NCBI GenBank assembly: GCA_047495785.1
Contig: JBLDXI010000042.1
Span: forward strand, 186,001-250,000
DNA: 64,000 bases
Direction: 5' to 3'
DNA from: Lepidodermella squamata
Taxonomy: Eukaryota > Animalia > Gastrotricha
Part shown: positions 37,188 to 50,567 of the stretch, piece after piece
Layout: the number at the start of each line of letters is the position of its first letter
Numbering within the stretch: the first letter of the stretch is position 1
Made by a program: the position numbers and the translations under genes
Notes under the pieces: model-generated
Told to the model about the DNA's origin: nothing
Databases searched by the model: none
What the model saw: the letters and a program-made list of their open reading frames with translations, nothing else

Positions 37188-38822
37188 TTTAAAAAATTCT
37201 AAAAAATTCTGGAAAATTTAAACAAGTCAAAAATTATATTAAAAATTAATAGAAAATTAGGGGAAGCATGAATTATTTTTTACTAAATTTTTAAAAAAAT
37301 TGGAAATTCTTTCTTAATTGTGTGAAATTAAATAGCATTTTTCATGATTTTCAAATTATTTGAGGAATTTTACTATATTTCTGCAAGTGCGATTTTTCAG
37401 TGAAAATAAGTGCTGATATGGGGTGTGAACTCGCATTATATGAGAAAAATATCGAAAAATTGAGCGTTATTTACAGAAAAAGGCGCGAGAGTTTTTGACG
37501 CGTGTTTATTAGCCTTCATCATTATCACACCACCTAATAACGCCTGATAGCTCGGGGCCTGCTCACTCACTCACTCATTCGTATATTGGCATATATAGCA
37601 AAGTGATTCCGCTGCCTTATTAGTAACAGTTGCGTTTGGAAAAACAACATCACTCCTTATCTTCTTCACGTTTCCTGTGATGCGTAAATACAGTGAAGGA
37701 GGATGAAGAAAATATCAATAGGAAATGTATATTATTAAGACCGCGAAATTGTGCACTCGATCTTAACATTTTGATGTGCCTGCGCGCGCTCTCATTCCGT
37801 GACCACTGAGAGTGCATAGTAATGATATAATGCAATAAAATATTGCAATCGTGCAATTGCCGGTCAAGTGCAATGAAAAAATCTAATCAAATCGGGAGCA
37901 AATATATATAGACTCCAGGTCCCTTGTGTCTAGATGAGACGGCCAAGTTTGAGGCTAATTTTAGGAAAAAAAATGAAAAAAGGCTTCTATCGAATTGAGA
38001 AAAATGGGTCAGTATTAGGGGCTAAATACGTGAGCTCACGTGAGCAAACAGAGCGAAAAATGATTTTGTGGGCGCCTATAGAAAAAACAAGGCAAATATT
38101 GGCATAGTGGCCTTTGCTATGTCGAAAAGCTGACACATTTTATGATAGCGAGCAGTTTCAAAGCTTTACAACGAAGAGAAGTAAAGACTTGGATAGATGT
38201 ATGGCTTGTGAAATCTGCGTTTTCTTTTCGTTTCTTAGACTTGTGTACTCCATAATCAATTTTCGGACTTGGATGCGGTCGACAGCAGGATAATCTTTTT
38301 CGTCCTTTTTCGAAAATCACTTCCATTTTCTTTAAAGTAAAATGTTTAGTGAATTCCTAACCCTAACCCTAATCCTAAAGCTGACTAACATGGAGGATGT
38401 TCCCATGAAATGCTCCTCATGGAGTGAAAACTGTTCACACTTCCGCATCATAAATAGGCCCTAACTCTAAGCTCTTAACCCTAAATCTCACCAACTTACT
38501 CATCACCCTAATTGCTAATCCTACCTAACCAAAGGTATATAATCCTAATTCAAATCCGAATTGTATCCACTCGACGTAATGAATTCTTTAAAGAAACTGG
38601 AACACTGGACGCAGAAACTATGACTACAATGGTTTCATTATCCCTGAGCTTACCAGTGAATAAGCCAAGTCTAATATTTGATCAAGAATGTAATAAAACA
38701 AACCGGGGACCGAGGAAATTGGCAGAGCCATGATCCAGAGGTTTCTGACGGAAATGAAGAGTATACCCTCTACGTGTGTTGATCAATATCAAAAACCCAG
38801 TAACCGAGGACAGTTGCGAAAA

Positions 38823-40542
38823 ATGAAGTTGCTACCAAGCTTATTATTGCTAATTTTAGCCGTGAATGAGGCAATACTCCAAGATCCTGTAAACATATTG
38901 ACAGACCGTATATTGGCTGAGTATCAGCGCAAATGTCCAATATTGTCATCCCCAAAGCTTCACATAGAAAACTTCATTGCAAGCGGGAAGCCGCTCGATA
39001 TGCGGGTGAGTTTGTGGCTCATGCGTTTTCTGGGAATCGACGACCTTCAGCAGCAACTGTCCATTATGGGCTATCTAACTGTCTCGTGGGCGATCCCTGC
39101 GTGCAGCAAACTGCCGTCCTGCTCGAAGCTCAACATCTCGACGCCAGATGTTTGCAGAAGGCTGGATAATTCTAGCATTTGGCTTCCGATACCGATTAAC
39201 CAAGTCTGGCTACCGAATCTCATACATTTCAGCGGAATAGGATATCCTTTTCTGAGACCAAAGTAAATTTACATCTTATTTTCTTACAAAACAATCCAAT
39301 GGCGACCTTAGGGGGTAAGAAAGGTTAACAGCACACATTTCAGTAAAGCGGAAGTGGGAGGGTTCGGGGTCATGAGTCATCCTAACTATTGCTCAACTGT
39401 CCTGAATCTAATCATAAAGCATAACGGCATCCTTAGCCTCGGAAACGGGTTCAAACACTTGTCTCATGGCCTGAGCATCCTATCTTGTGGATTTTGCGAT
39501 TTAAATGCAATCTCTCGTATTTTTGGACTCGTGGCCGATATAGATTTTACAAATCATTGATTTTTGCGAATCCGGAGTAAAATCGTGTACAAGCGGTAAA
39601 AATCTATTAATAGGCTGAATGATCAACCAAAAATTGGGAAAAATCACTTAAATTTCGCTCAAGGATTAAACGGCAATTTTTAGGCAGTTCGATTTTAAGG
39701 AGACAAAATAAGGTTCTCAGTCCCAAATTTCCTTGAAGCTTGAAGCCGGCTTTCCCACGCATAGCCAGAACTTCCGAACAGACATCACTGCCTTTATTTT
39801 CAGGAAGACTGAATACGCTTACCTGCCTATGAACTGGCCAAGCCCAACTTTGATCATGAACATCGGCAATCGCTTTGACATATCTTGCGCCGGGTTCAAC
39901 TACGCGAAATTCCCATTCGATACTCAAACTTGCACGATGACCCTCGAAGCCCATGACGCGGATTGGCTGACTCAATACAAAATCTCCTACTACACCATTG
40001 AAAAATCCCGCGTCGGCTCCTTCCTTTCCAACACCGATATCTGGGAATTGGTCCCGGGATCGATGTCGAGCACCGCTTCAACTTTCGAACCATCGAATTT
40101 CACGAGGCTGGAATTCACAATGACATTCCATCGGAAATCGACCTACTACGTCGCGAGCTTCATGTTCCCTATGTTATCCCTCATAGTCCTGCCTATCATC
40201 TGCCTGCTAACTGAGCCTGAACGGACAGATCGATCAGCCTTCTGCGTTACAGTGGTTCTTGCTTACTCGTTTCTGCTGAATCTCATTACTGATATGGTGC
40301 CTAAAACATCCGCCCCTGTCTACATTGTCTACGTCGTGTCGTTCAAATTCACGGTTACGATCATCATTACGATCTACTGTCTAGTGGATGGGTTTATGAA
40401 GGACAAGGTTGTCACGTTTAGGTGTGGCGTGACTATTAAGGCGAGGCTACGTCGGATCACTGATGTTGCCCTTGGAGTGACGGTCATTTTTGCGATCGCT
40501 GCTACGGATATCTATATGCTGGGCGTCATCACTCGTCCATGA
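38823..40542 (+). CDS. Divergent Cys-loop ligand-gated ion channel subunit (exons 38823-39262 and 39804-40542)
   Basis: Signal peptide MKLLPSLLLLILAVNEA; VWLPNL; CAGFNYAKFPFDTQTC; FHRKSTYY followed by 4 TM; phase-2 GT-AG intron joins the two ORFs. Confidence 0.85.
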
Positions 40543-40994
40543 ATTAAAATAGGAATTCGGTGTTCAACCTTAATCGGCTGTTAATTTCATAATTTTGTTC
40601 TCTATTTTGAGTGTGATTTCGTAGTAAATTGGGAATTACTTCACGCAACTTCCTCTGATTTGGTACTTGGTACATGGTTTTGTCCATTATACCGTAACTC
40701 CTAGTACGATGGTAACTCTCTTGTTGAAGCAAGCTCATTCGAATGCATGTTCGGCTTTATATTAGTTCTAGCTGTCTCGAAGCTCTTACCAAAATAAACT
40801 TCATGTTTTTTCGACCAAATTGGCTACCAATCAAGATTGTTTGCTATGTGAAATAGGAGTAACACAAGTCGCAATTATCGATTATTCCGCAATTATCGCA
40901 ATCATCAAACCTCTGAAGTTTGTGGCCCAGCAAGTCGCCAGCATATGATTAGGCTACTAAAGTAAAATGTCTGCGTTTTACAAAGATTGACAAC

Positions 40995-43993
40995 GTGACT
41001 GCCGTTCAATCCATAAAGCCCCCTATAACACATCAACCAGCAAATTATGTCGTGGACTTTTGCGCTAGGAAACGTGATATACTCATTAGGGCCATCGCCC
41101 CGGTACTACTACCTCTGCTTGACCGTAAAAACATGACTATAATCCATTTGAGTAAATCGTCCCATGTCGCAGTGTATGACGAAGAAATGCGGCCAGTTTT
41201 CGATGAGCTCAAAGAAATCGATGCGAGAATTTTCATTTCAGACGCAGATCGAGCCTCAGGCAAGGCGTGTTGGCTCCATCGTTACGGAATGTTCGGCCCG
41301 AATTACGTATCGATGTTCTGGTACTGGTCCGACAGTTACCCTAGCGGTCTCGTACCCCCGGAACATAGTTATGGTTAATTCGATATTTTTCGGAGATTCA
41401 ACGCTGGTCGGCACAATCGGGGCTAAGCATACTGATGTAACAGAAATCACAGCTGCTGATTGGCAAATCCTCAAGATATTGGCCTATTGGGGTACTATCG
41501 CCTCGCAACTTATGATGTCACAATTTTTGCCGGCCTACTCCTTAACAAAACCGAGCAAATTCTCAAAGATCGAAACCAAAATTTGCTGGATTGGATTTCA
41601 GCTGGAGCTGGAAAAGGTCCAGAACTCGTGAATCTTCTCATCGAGAATATATACACAACCAACATGACTGGAATGAAGGGCTACTACAACTTTGATAACA
41701 GGACGAAATTGAATATGAACGGGTTTGTTCCTATAACTCCTATAACTCAGTTCGACTCGTACCACGATGCAAATGGCACAGTCATGCTTGGAAAACCTCG
41801 CATTCTTGCGGTCTATCATACGCATAATGGCGGTCAACTCGAGGTTTTGAATGGGTTGAAATGGAAAACTAAAGACGGCAATCCACCCCTGGACTCTAAA
41901 GCCTACGTTAAAATCGAGTTTCCACAGCTATCCGTACTTCACTATTCGGTATTAACAACGATTACCCCTGTCCTAATGATTTTCTTAGCAGTTTTCGGAG
42001 GGCTGCGCCTATTTGTTCTGAAATCAAAGAAGGTTCCGTCGTTTTTCAAACGATTTTCGGCTGATTCGGCGGTAGTCCCTTCTAACATCCCTTCCCGATC
42101 CTGCCCGATGTTTTGCTTCACTTCGGAAATTTGATTATGGTATCCAGCGTTTTGGCACTTCCGTACCCAGATGTGAATATCAGAATATTAGACTACTGCC
42201 AAGCTATGGCAATCCTTCTAATGAATGGATTTTTCACGTCTTTATTGGCGATTTTCTTCAAACTAGACCGATCTTCAAGGAGCATCAAAGTTTTGATGTA
42301 CTTGATGTAGTTTTGATGTAAGTTTTGATGTATCATGGCTCTTCTCGCGTTCCTCTGGATTTTTGCATCTTGCAGCTTTGTTGTAGGCGTTCATACTTTC
42401 CCCAAGTTTAACATACGACGATACTGTCGTATTTCAACCTTTTCGGTTCGAGTACAACTTAGCAGTGAATCAGAGCGTGATTTCGCTTGTTTTCTTCGCG
42501 CTTCTCATCCTAATTACCGGCATAGCCGCCCTACGAATGTCTGTTATCTGTTTACTTCGCAGCTAAAACCGACCACGAAATTCAGTGCACCCTGCAAAAA
42601 GACATCAATTTATTGGTTACCAACTGGCTGAATTCCAATAGCCTCAAGGTCAATTCGAAAAAATCTCAGCTGATGATCCTATCTCTGAGCAAATCCGATC
42701 GAAAAATCGAAATCACCATCGATGGCAATCGAATTGAGGAAACCGAATCAATGCGCCTCCTAGGCTTCACCTTCGACAACAAGCTGCTACATCACGAGCA
42801 CATCGACGCCGCCTGCCGTAAGGCGCGCAAGGGCCTTTTTGCTCTACTTGCTGCGAAAAACGGTCTGAATCGCACGTGCCTTAAAGCGATGGCCAACGGG
42901 CTTGTATTCGCTCATCTTCAATACTGCGACACTGTACTCGGAGAGGCGAGTAAAACGTCCCTCGAACGCCTTCAAAGGCTGCAAGACAGAGCGGTCCGCA
43001 TAATTATGAATGCGCCTTATACCGCAGCCGCAGATCCTCTTCGAAAGCAACTAGGCTGGCTAGACCTGAACGGTAAACGCAATGTTCACCTGGCTACGCT
43101 AATGTTCAGGTGTGTCATCGATGAAGCACCCGATGCCATAGCCTCACTATTCGTCAAAAACGAGCCCGGCCGACTTCGAAGTGCCCGGCTGACCTTCAAA
43201 GTTCCCAAATTCCGCATCGACTACGGCAAAGCCAGTCTCAGTCACCGCGAGCCAGTGTTCTTCAACACCCTGCCAATCCACTTCCATTGCTCACAACATC
43301 GGCCAGTTGAAATCAGCACCTACAACGGCAACCTTCCAACCTGCGAATGTTGAATCAAGGCCTGCGCCACCGCCAACGACTGCAGACAGCTTGTTTATAA
43401 ACATTTACTTTTTTGTTGATTATTTTTATACAAACGCATCTCAATTGTTGTTGACTTATAACGAAACGGAACAGACAAATGACAAATCTAACGGCTCTCT
43501 GCACACTCTTTTGATAATTGCACCTAATTTTCCAAGTCCGAGCTCTCAACAATGGGATCAATGCTCTTTAAATAAATAAATAAATAAATACAAAATTCGA
43601 ACGGTATTTGCGAATTCAAATAATCACAAATTTGTAGGAGTTTTTGGTCTTCAGAAGATCAATGGACTTAGGCAGGATGATAAAAATCTAGCTGCGGCGT
43701 ATTTTCTGCTTCTCATCGCAGCTGGGGCAACTGTTTTGCTTAGTATCATTATCGAGCAATATATACTCATCATAATCGCTTGCTTCACATTCATCTATTG
43801 CGGCGTGACAAGCTGCGTTATATTCTTTTCGAAGGTGAGAATTTGAGTTTAAAAAATTCGAAAATTTTGCTATACGTTTTTGTATCAGTTTTCTAGTAAC
43901 CAGCCTGGGAGACCGGTGAGTATCATTCGAGTTTCTGCGCGTGATTCGAAAAGGAATCAGTCAGCTTCATCTCGGTCGCAGGCTAATCGATGA
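40995..43993 (+). pseudogene. GABA-B-like class C GPCR remnant, frameshifted at about 42110 and interrupted by a LINE
   Basis: Venus-flytrap-like segments (IDARIFI, TGMKGYYNFD, LKWKTKDGNPPLDS), TM1-3 before the LINE, and TM6-7 ending VIFFSK after it. Confidence 0.6.
42320..43590 (+). mobile_element. Truncated CR1/L2-like LINE (RT C-terminus 42613-43353) with (TAAA)n tail
   Basis: NWLNSNSLKVNSKKSQLM, LLGFTFDNKL, HLQYCD, LQRLQDRAVR; taaataaataaataaataaa at about 43570-43590. Confidence 0.85.
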
Positions 43994-44619
43994 AACTGGA
44001 ATCTCAAATGAATTTTAGAAGCTTACAATTTTCCCATCGACCTTATTATATAAAATCCAACTATTGATACTTGGTTCGAACCTGGTTTATAGCATTTTTC
44101 TTGTACTATTTCATGATTTTTCCAGCTTGGATTGAAACCAAAGCTTCGATGATATGATACATGAGATATTCAAGAGATGAAAATGAGAGTGCAATTTTTT
44201 TCAGCTAATCTCGCTATCACCGTACCATCGGAAAGTACATCTTTGACAGCAGTTATCAGTCAATTATATTTGTCTCTCCCTCTCTCTCTACACTCTACAT
44301 CAAAGGAGAGTTGTTTTCCTACTCTTCGCAATAGCTTTGGAAAATATTCGCCACCGCCAAGGCAATGAAACGACTGATCATCCTTGCTATTTCCTATTTC
44401 ATAACCGGATGTCTTCAATCTTTGAGTGGGAATTTTCAACAAAGGTTCTTAATAAGGTAATACCCATGCATTGCATTAATATTATATTAGGAGAAAAGAC
44501 ACGAGCTAAAACCTAATATACAAAGAATACTTGAAAGAAAAATACAAAATGTAGCACGTAAACACACGGGCGAGAGGAAACTCTTGTTTGAAAGCTCAGT
44601 TTATTGTTCAATTTTCAAA

Positions 44620-47315
44620 ATGCGTCTCTACATAGCATTTGTAATCGCTTTCGTTGGGCTGGCATCAGGACTGGTTGTTGCTCGAGATGATATTGATACT
44701 GTGGGTAAGTAACAGTTTAAAACATTGCAGCTAGCTTTGAACCAATTTTGTAATGTGGGCTGTTAAGACTGCGGTACTGTTCCCACAATCCGAAACGGCA
44801 ACGTATCTCCTGGTCTATCGAGTTTCGGAGCCACTCGAACCATATCATGCGACGAAAACTTCGAAATTCAAGGAAATGCTGCCATATCGTGCCTATCGTA
44901 CTCAACCTGGTCCCAGCCTGGTTCTTGCGTCTTCAGAGAGTCACCATATGTAAGTTGCTGCCACATATTCACATTGATGTCTGCTTCTAAGGTCTAAGGT
45001 TTTCATTTGGTTTTCGGGCAAGGATAAAATTCCCCTTTAATCCTTTCACGGCGGGAAGGACGATTTCGGAATTTCGACTTTGAACATTTCCAGGAAATCG
45101 AATTTGGTTAAATTTGAGGAATATTTCTTTCCGATGCTGGCTACAAAGTTTTGAGACAAGGACACCGTTATCTTGCATGGTCAGGGCATGCTAGCAATAT
45201 GAAAGTAGTAAACCTGATATTGAAATTTCGATTTTTTTCAACTTGAAATTTAATAGGTTTCTGATCATTTTCCACCATGGTCTCATTGACCTCTGTTTAA
45301 ATTTTTTCGAGTTGGAAATTAAGAATGACGAAGCTATTAAAATTCAATCAAACCGGCCGAATTCGTCCTATCCGCTCAGTCTTATTCAGGCGGATTCACG
45401 TGTGATTTTCGTGCAGCAAAACTGTCGCGTGGAAAAACTGGAAATGCTGACTTAATCTGAAATCTGAAATCTGAATGCTGAGCCTCTGGAACTTTTTAAA
45501 CTGAATGTTTTTGGTGATATAGCGATATAATTAAGGGAAAATCTCAGGGACTAATTTAGAATCTAAAATTCTAAAGCTAAAGGCACCTGACACCTGACAT
45601 TGAAATTAAGGGTGCTCCACAAATCGCCTCAAATCAGCTGGGCGGATAGGACTAGTTATCGATCAGTTTTTGTACCGCCATACCAGATATTGTATAATAT
45701 TTCTATGTTTTTCATTCAGATTCGCGCAGCATACAGGAGGCTGTGGAATGCAACAGCCGAGGCGGAAGACGTGGACCTGGTGAGACAACTGATTGCGGAG
45801 ATCGACAATGCCACTGGCGGCAACTTCAACCCGAACTGGCGCAACCCAGAGCTGTTTCCCTGCAAATCTCTATTATGGGATATGAAGAATACTCCCCTGC
45901 TTCACAGTGTCATGTGTGCTAATAGTACGCAATCAGACCAGCAAGTGCAAATAGCGCAACTGTTGATCGGGGATCAAGGTGCTGATGTGAATTCCAAGGA
46001 GGGTTCATACGGTTGGACGGCGTTGATAATTGCGGCTAGCGATGGGCGCGTCGACCTAGTTAGATTATTGCTGGATCGCAACGCTTCAATCGAAGCTGGG
46101 GATGACAATGACGAGACGGCGTTGATGAATGCGGCTGAGTATGGGCACACCGAAGTTGTTCGACTGCTGTTGGATCGCAATGCTTCAATCGAAGCTGCGG
46201 ATATGTGCGGATATGGCCGGACGGCTTTGATGTTCTCGGTTCTAAATGAGCACACCGAAGTAGTTCGACTGCTGCTGGATCGCAACGCTACAATCGACAC
46301 TGATGATAACTATGGCAAGACGGCTTTGATGCATGCGGCCATTTGGGGGCGTGTCGAGGCAATTCGGCTGCTGTTGGATCGCAATGCTAACATCGAGGCG
46401 AAAGATGACTATAACATGACGGCGTTGATGCTTGCGGCTGAGTATGGGCACACCGAAGTAGTTCGACTGCTGCTTGATCGTAATGCTTCAATCGAAGCTG
46501 AGGATGACGCTGGCCAGACGGCTTTGATGAGTGCGGCCATTTGGGGGCGTGCGGCCATTTTGGGGCGTATCGAGGCAATTCGGCTGCTGTTGGATCGCAA
46601 TGCTAACATCGAGGCGAAAGATGACTATAACATGACGGCGTTGATGCGTGCGGCTGATTTTGCGCGTGTCGAGGCAGTTAGACTGCTGCTTGATCGCCAT
46701 GCTGACATTGAGCTCAAGAGTAGCACTGTCATGATTCGTGCGACTGGTTTTACGAGTAACATGATGTCTCGAACGATGCTTGATTTCTTCGATTTGATGA
46801 TAAGGAAACGGGAAGACAATTGCTCGACCGCGTTGATTGATGCGGTAAGAAGAGAGCAGGTCGAAGTAGTTCGACTGCTGCTGGATCGCAATGCCGACAT
46901 TGAGGCCAAGAGTAGCAGTGGCATGACGGCGTTGATGTGGGCGGCTGGTTATGGGAGTGGAATTAATGTTCCAGCGATGGCGGATCGCAACAATTCTATA
47001 GGGACACAGGAAAGCAATTGCTCGACCGCGTTGATTGATGCGGCAAGAAGAAAGCAGGTCGAAGTAGTTCGACTGCTGCTAGATCGCAATGCCGACATCA
47101 ATGCTAAGGATGAGGATGGCTGGACGGCGTTGCTGTGGGCGACTGAGGAAGAACAACTAGATGTAGTTGGACTGTTGCTGGATAGAGGTGCAAAAACGGA
47201 TGTCAGAAGTTCAAGTGGCGTGACCGCGCTCGATTTAGCGATTTGCAAAAACAAAGCCGCCGTGGCCAATCTGCTGAGGTCGCGAGGAGCAAGTCGAGCG
47301 ACGTCGTCCTGCTGA
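44620..47315 (+). CDS. Gene C: secreted Sushi/CCP-ankyrin protein (exons 44620-44704, 44768-44949, 45720-47315; about 620 aa, about 13 ANK)
   Basis: MRLYIAFVIAFVGLASGLVVA signal; D-CGTVPTIRNGNVSPG..SCDENFEIQGNAAISC...WSQPGSC; phase-1 then phase-0 GT-AG introns give one open frame into IRAAYRRLWNAT. Confidence 0.88.
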
Positions 47316-48824
47316 AAAAACCCACAGAGTTGGACGACGTTCAGCGGGAACTGAGATAGATTATCTGATTATCTGTATACTTGCAGTGAAAGTTGTCTAA
47401 ACCGGGCTCGGATCGCAAAATGGCCCATTTCAGACGAAGTCCGCACTATTTATACTATATGCATTAAATTCAATTGCCACACTTGTTACCTGAGCAGCCA
47501 TTAGCGATTTCTGAATATAACATTCACGATAGAAAACTGGTTAGCAATATTAACTCAAGCAATCGGGGGATTTTATATTATCCGAAAAAAATAAATATGT
47601 GGTAGAAAATAAATGTTCGTGAGCTGTAAATAACCTTAAACCTAACAGCAGCACAGTGAACAAATGAATCGCAGCAAGGAATCAATGAATCATGAATGAA
47701 TCATGAATGACTCGTAAGACTCGTAGACTGAAATCACGAGGAGTTATCAACCTTTTTTAGCCTCTTGTTTGGCCAATGCTATATACAGTGTGTCCGCGAA
47801 ATAACACGCAAAACTACTTTTAGACTTGTAAGGCTAGTCGCAGAAATTGCTCAAGGCGCGTGACTCTTTAGGCTAGTTTTCAAATGAAGCGAGTCTCACA
47901 CGTGCCACTATGAAAAAAAAAGATATGTTTTTTATGAATGCACACACAAGAAAATAAGAATTTAGATGATCAAATTATTTTTTCCAAACTATTATCGAGG
48001 GTGTTTAACAGAACTACTCTCAAAATGGAATATAAAAATAAATTCAAAGTTTCATTCCTTGATGCGTCCTGTAGTCAAATAATGTCCTGACGACATTCGA
48101 ATTAATTTTCATATCAAAAATAAGGAGAAACAACGGTAATGAGAAGCAGCCCGAGCGCCGAGATGAATGGAATTAAATTGAAATTAGAATTAAGCTTTTT
48201 TGTGAAAAGCTTACGGTGAGCCATGGTCACCTTCAACAAAAAGCAAAAAGCAACTACATATGCTACGGGGAATCCTTACCTCTCATCGAGCTGGTATGTT
48301 CTCCGTTTTCGTCTTCGGTGATCTCCTACGAGACTATAACGATTGATTTCAGATGACATCAAATTCTGTTAAATTAAATAAACTTTCACTTTCTAAAACA
48401 GTTCTGGTGACATTTAAGTATGTAAACGTACTAAGTATTCGATGCTGAACATTTTAAAATTAAAATTATCATTAAAATCGTACACAAAAAAATAATCTGC
48501 CAATAGAAGCTTAATTTACTGCCGAAAAAAGTCTTTGCTGCCAAAAAAGCATGGTCCTATTCAAAAGACCAACCCTTCGATTAACATTATGATGAATAAG
48601 CTTTAAAATGAGAAGAATCTAGCTAGACTGCTCAAATCTAAAGTTGAAGGAAAATTAATGATTTTTTATCTATATCGATGTTACTATTCACTTTGCTTGT
48701 TGTGATTTTGCGGCCTTCACTATCGCTTTGTTGGCTTTTTTGGTTTATACTGGTTCTGGACCGATCCATGTCGCTGTCACACTTTTCACTGAAATCAAAA
48801 CTGTGGCTAGTCTACCAAAAATAT

Positions 48825-50567
48825 ATATCGTTAGCAACGTTGAATAACTCGGATTTAGGCTTGTTTACATCAATTTCAAGGTGATAAGTGACAAGTAAAA
48901 AGTCTTTTGTTTTGCCTCTTCATTCACGTTAAGAAACCCGGCTTTTTACTTGTCGCCCGTGGTCTTGAAGGACTCAGCTAATATCATCGAACCTTTATTT
49001 TCTTTTCTCGTACCATTTTGACTTAAAGCGTCGGAAATACAAAAATTGCAAGAAAAGTAAATTATTCCATCGGAATGACTTATTTTGATTTATTTCATCG
49101 GAACACGCGACCATTTCACCTTAACATCATCTTAAACCGTCGGAACACCCTTCCATTCTAATGGCAGTAACACGAGTAGAATCTGACGTTGTAGACGAGG
49201 GGAACGAAACCGGGAAATTTTGGACCATTTCCCGTGCAACAATAGAAACAACTGTCAGCTAAATCTCGCTTCACTCACGAGGGCTGATCATTCCAGAAGC
49301 TAGGAGAAGTGCATACAATTTGACTTTATAGCATTGTTTCTATGTGTGAAACAGAAAAGCTTTGCCGCCATGTCTAGTGGAGCTCTTAAATCAAATTCAT
49401 TCGATGCGATGAAAACGGGTGCGGTGGATTTTCGGAATTTGAGAAAGTTGATGCTACCTCATCCTCCGATGACGGCTATGATAGATGGCGCGTGTTACAC
49501 GTGACGCTTTATCAATGAATTAGTACCAGCAACACCCTATTTTTGAGTTGCTGCGGCTAGAAATAGGGCCGAAATCGCTTTATTGCTATCGAACACATTT
49601 TTTTGCGCTGTTATCATGTTTTGCTTTCATACGAAGATTAATGCGCGGACAAGGTTTTGGATATTCCGACGGTTGTTAGACATCTTATTTACCTCTGCGC
49701 ACGGTGCAGGTTGCACGACCTACACTACTGCTCGTTCAGTTCGCATATTGTCAAGCACAGATTTAATTCCGACGGTGTTAAGACATTCTATTATTAGTGC
49801 GATATACTAACGCCTACAGGGTGGCCAAAAAGGCCGCAGAAAAGGCGAAACTGAGGAGTTCCATCGTGAAATGAATGCTTAAAATTGTCAATTTCTTGAA
49901 ACTCCTCATTAAATTGATGCGAATCAAATTCGCCTTTTGCGGATTTATTGGCCACCCTGTATATAGGGTCCCCGCGTGAAATTATAATGATCGCTCAGAA
50001 ATTTGAATGCTCTTAAAAACTTTCAGCTTCAATTTTTCACGCAGAAAGCCGTGAGCCGTGAGCCGTGAGCACGGTGCAAGAAATAAGAAACGAGAACAAA
50101 AAAAAAGAAGCTTCTCCATCTCGGGGAAAATTACACATTTACGACATAAAAATGTTGAAGATGCACCACTGCGTCCGGCTTGACATGACACGAGGCCGTG
50201 GTCACGGTCGAGGTCGGGAGCTTTGGCTTTGTGAAGAACCGTGGTTTCTCGCGGCCGTGGCGGGGGTCATCTTCCAGGGCGAGGCCGATAATTTATGAAT
50301 AAGTGCAATATAACGCTTGTCTCATTTCATCGAACATTTGAAATAATATAAGGTGTCTTAACCCATCGGAAACTGATATTAAGTAAAACGTTGAATTTTC
50401 CGATGGTTTTGTTGAAAATACGAAAAGTAAATATTCCGATGGTTCCGACGCTTTAAGTTAAAATGGTTCGAGAAAAGTAAATAAAGGTTCGCTGGTTTCA
50501 TTTTACTTCGTCTTGAAATGGATGTAAACAAGCCTAAATCCGAGTTATTCAACGTCGCTAACGATAT
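48825..50567. mobile_element. Foldback/TIR element with long inverted arms and a nested MITE
   Basis: atatcgttagcaacgttgaataactcggatttaggcttgtttacatc and its reverse complement at about 50520-50567; 48990-49038 is inverted at 50443-50490. Confidence 0.65.
49817..49959. mobile_element. Tc1/mariner-type MITE with TA target-site duplication
   Basis: TA|cagggtggccaa...aaaaggcgaa ... ttcgccttttgcgg...ttggccaccctg|TA. Confidence 0.8.

Noticed and set aside
38355-38530. Telomere-like (CCCTAA)n
   Set aside because: Only 2-3 perfect units, degenerate and interstitial; not a chromosome end
44750-44770. Possible stop readthrough at TGT-TAA-GAC-TGC before the Sushi domain
   Set aside because: The TAAG is the intron acceptor; splicing removes the stop
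45600-45719. ORF-track N-terminus of the 571-aa ankyrin ORF (and the upstream extensions of ORFs at 15445, 25101, 30971 and 38730)
   Set aside because: Intronic or upstream in-frame sequence; splice acceptors or paralog-supported ATGs lie downstream
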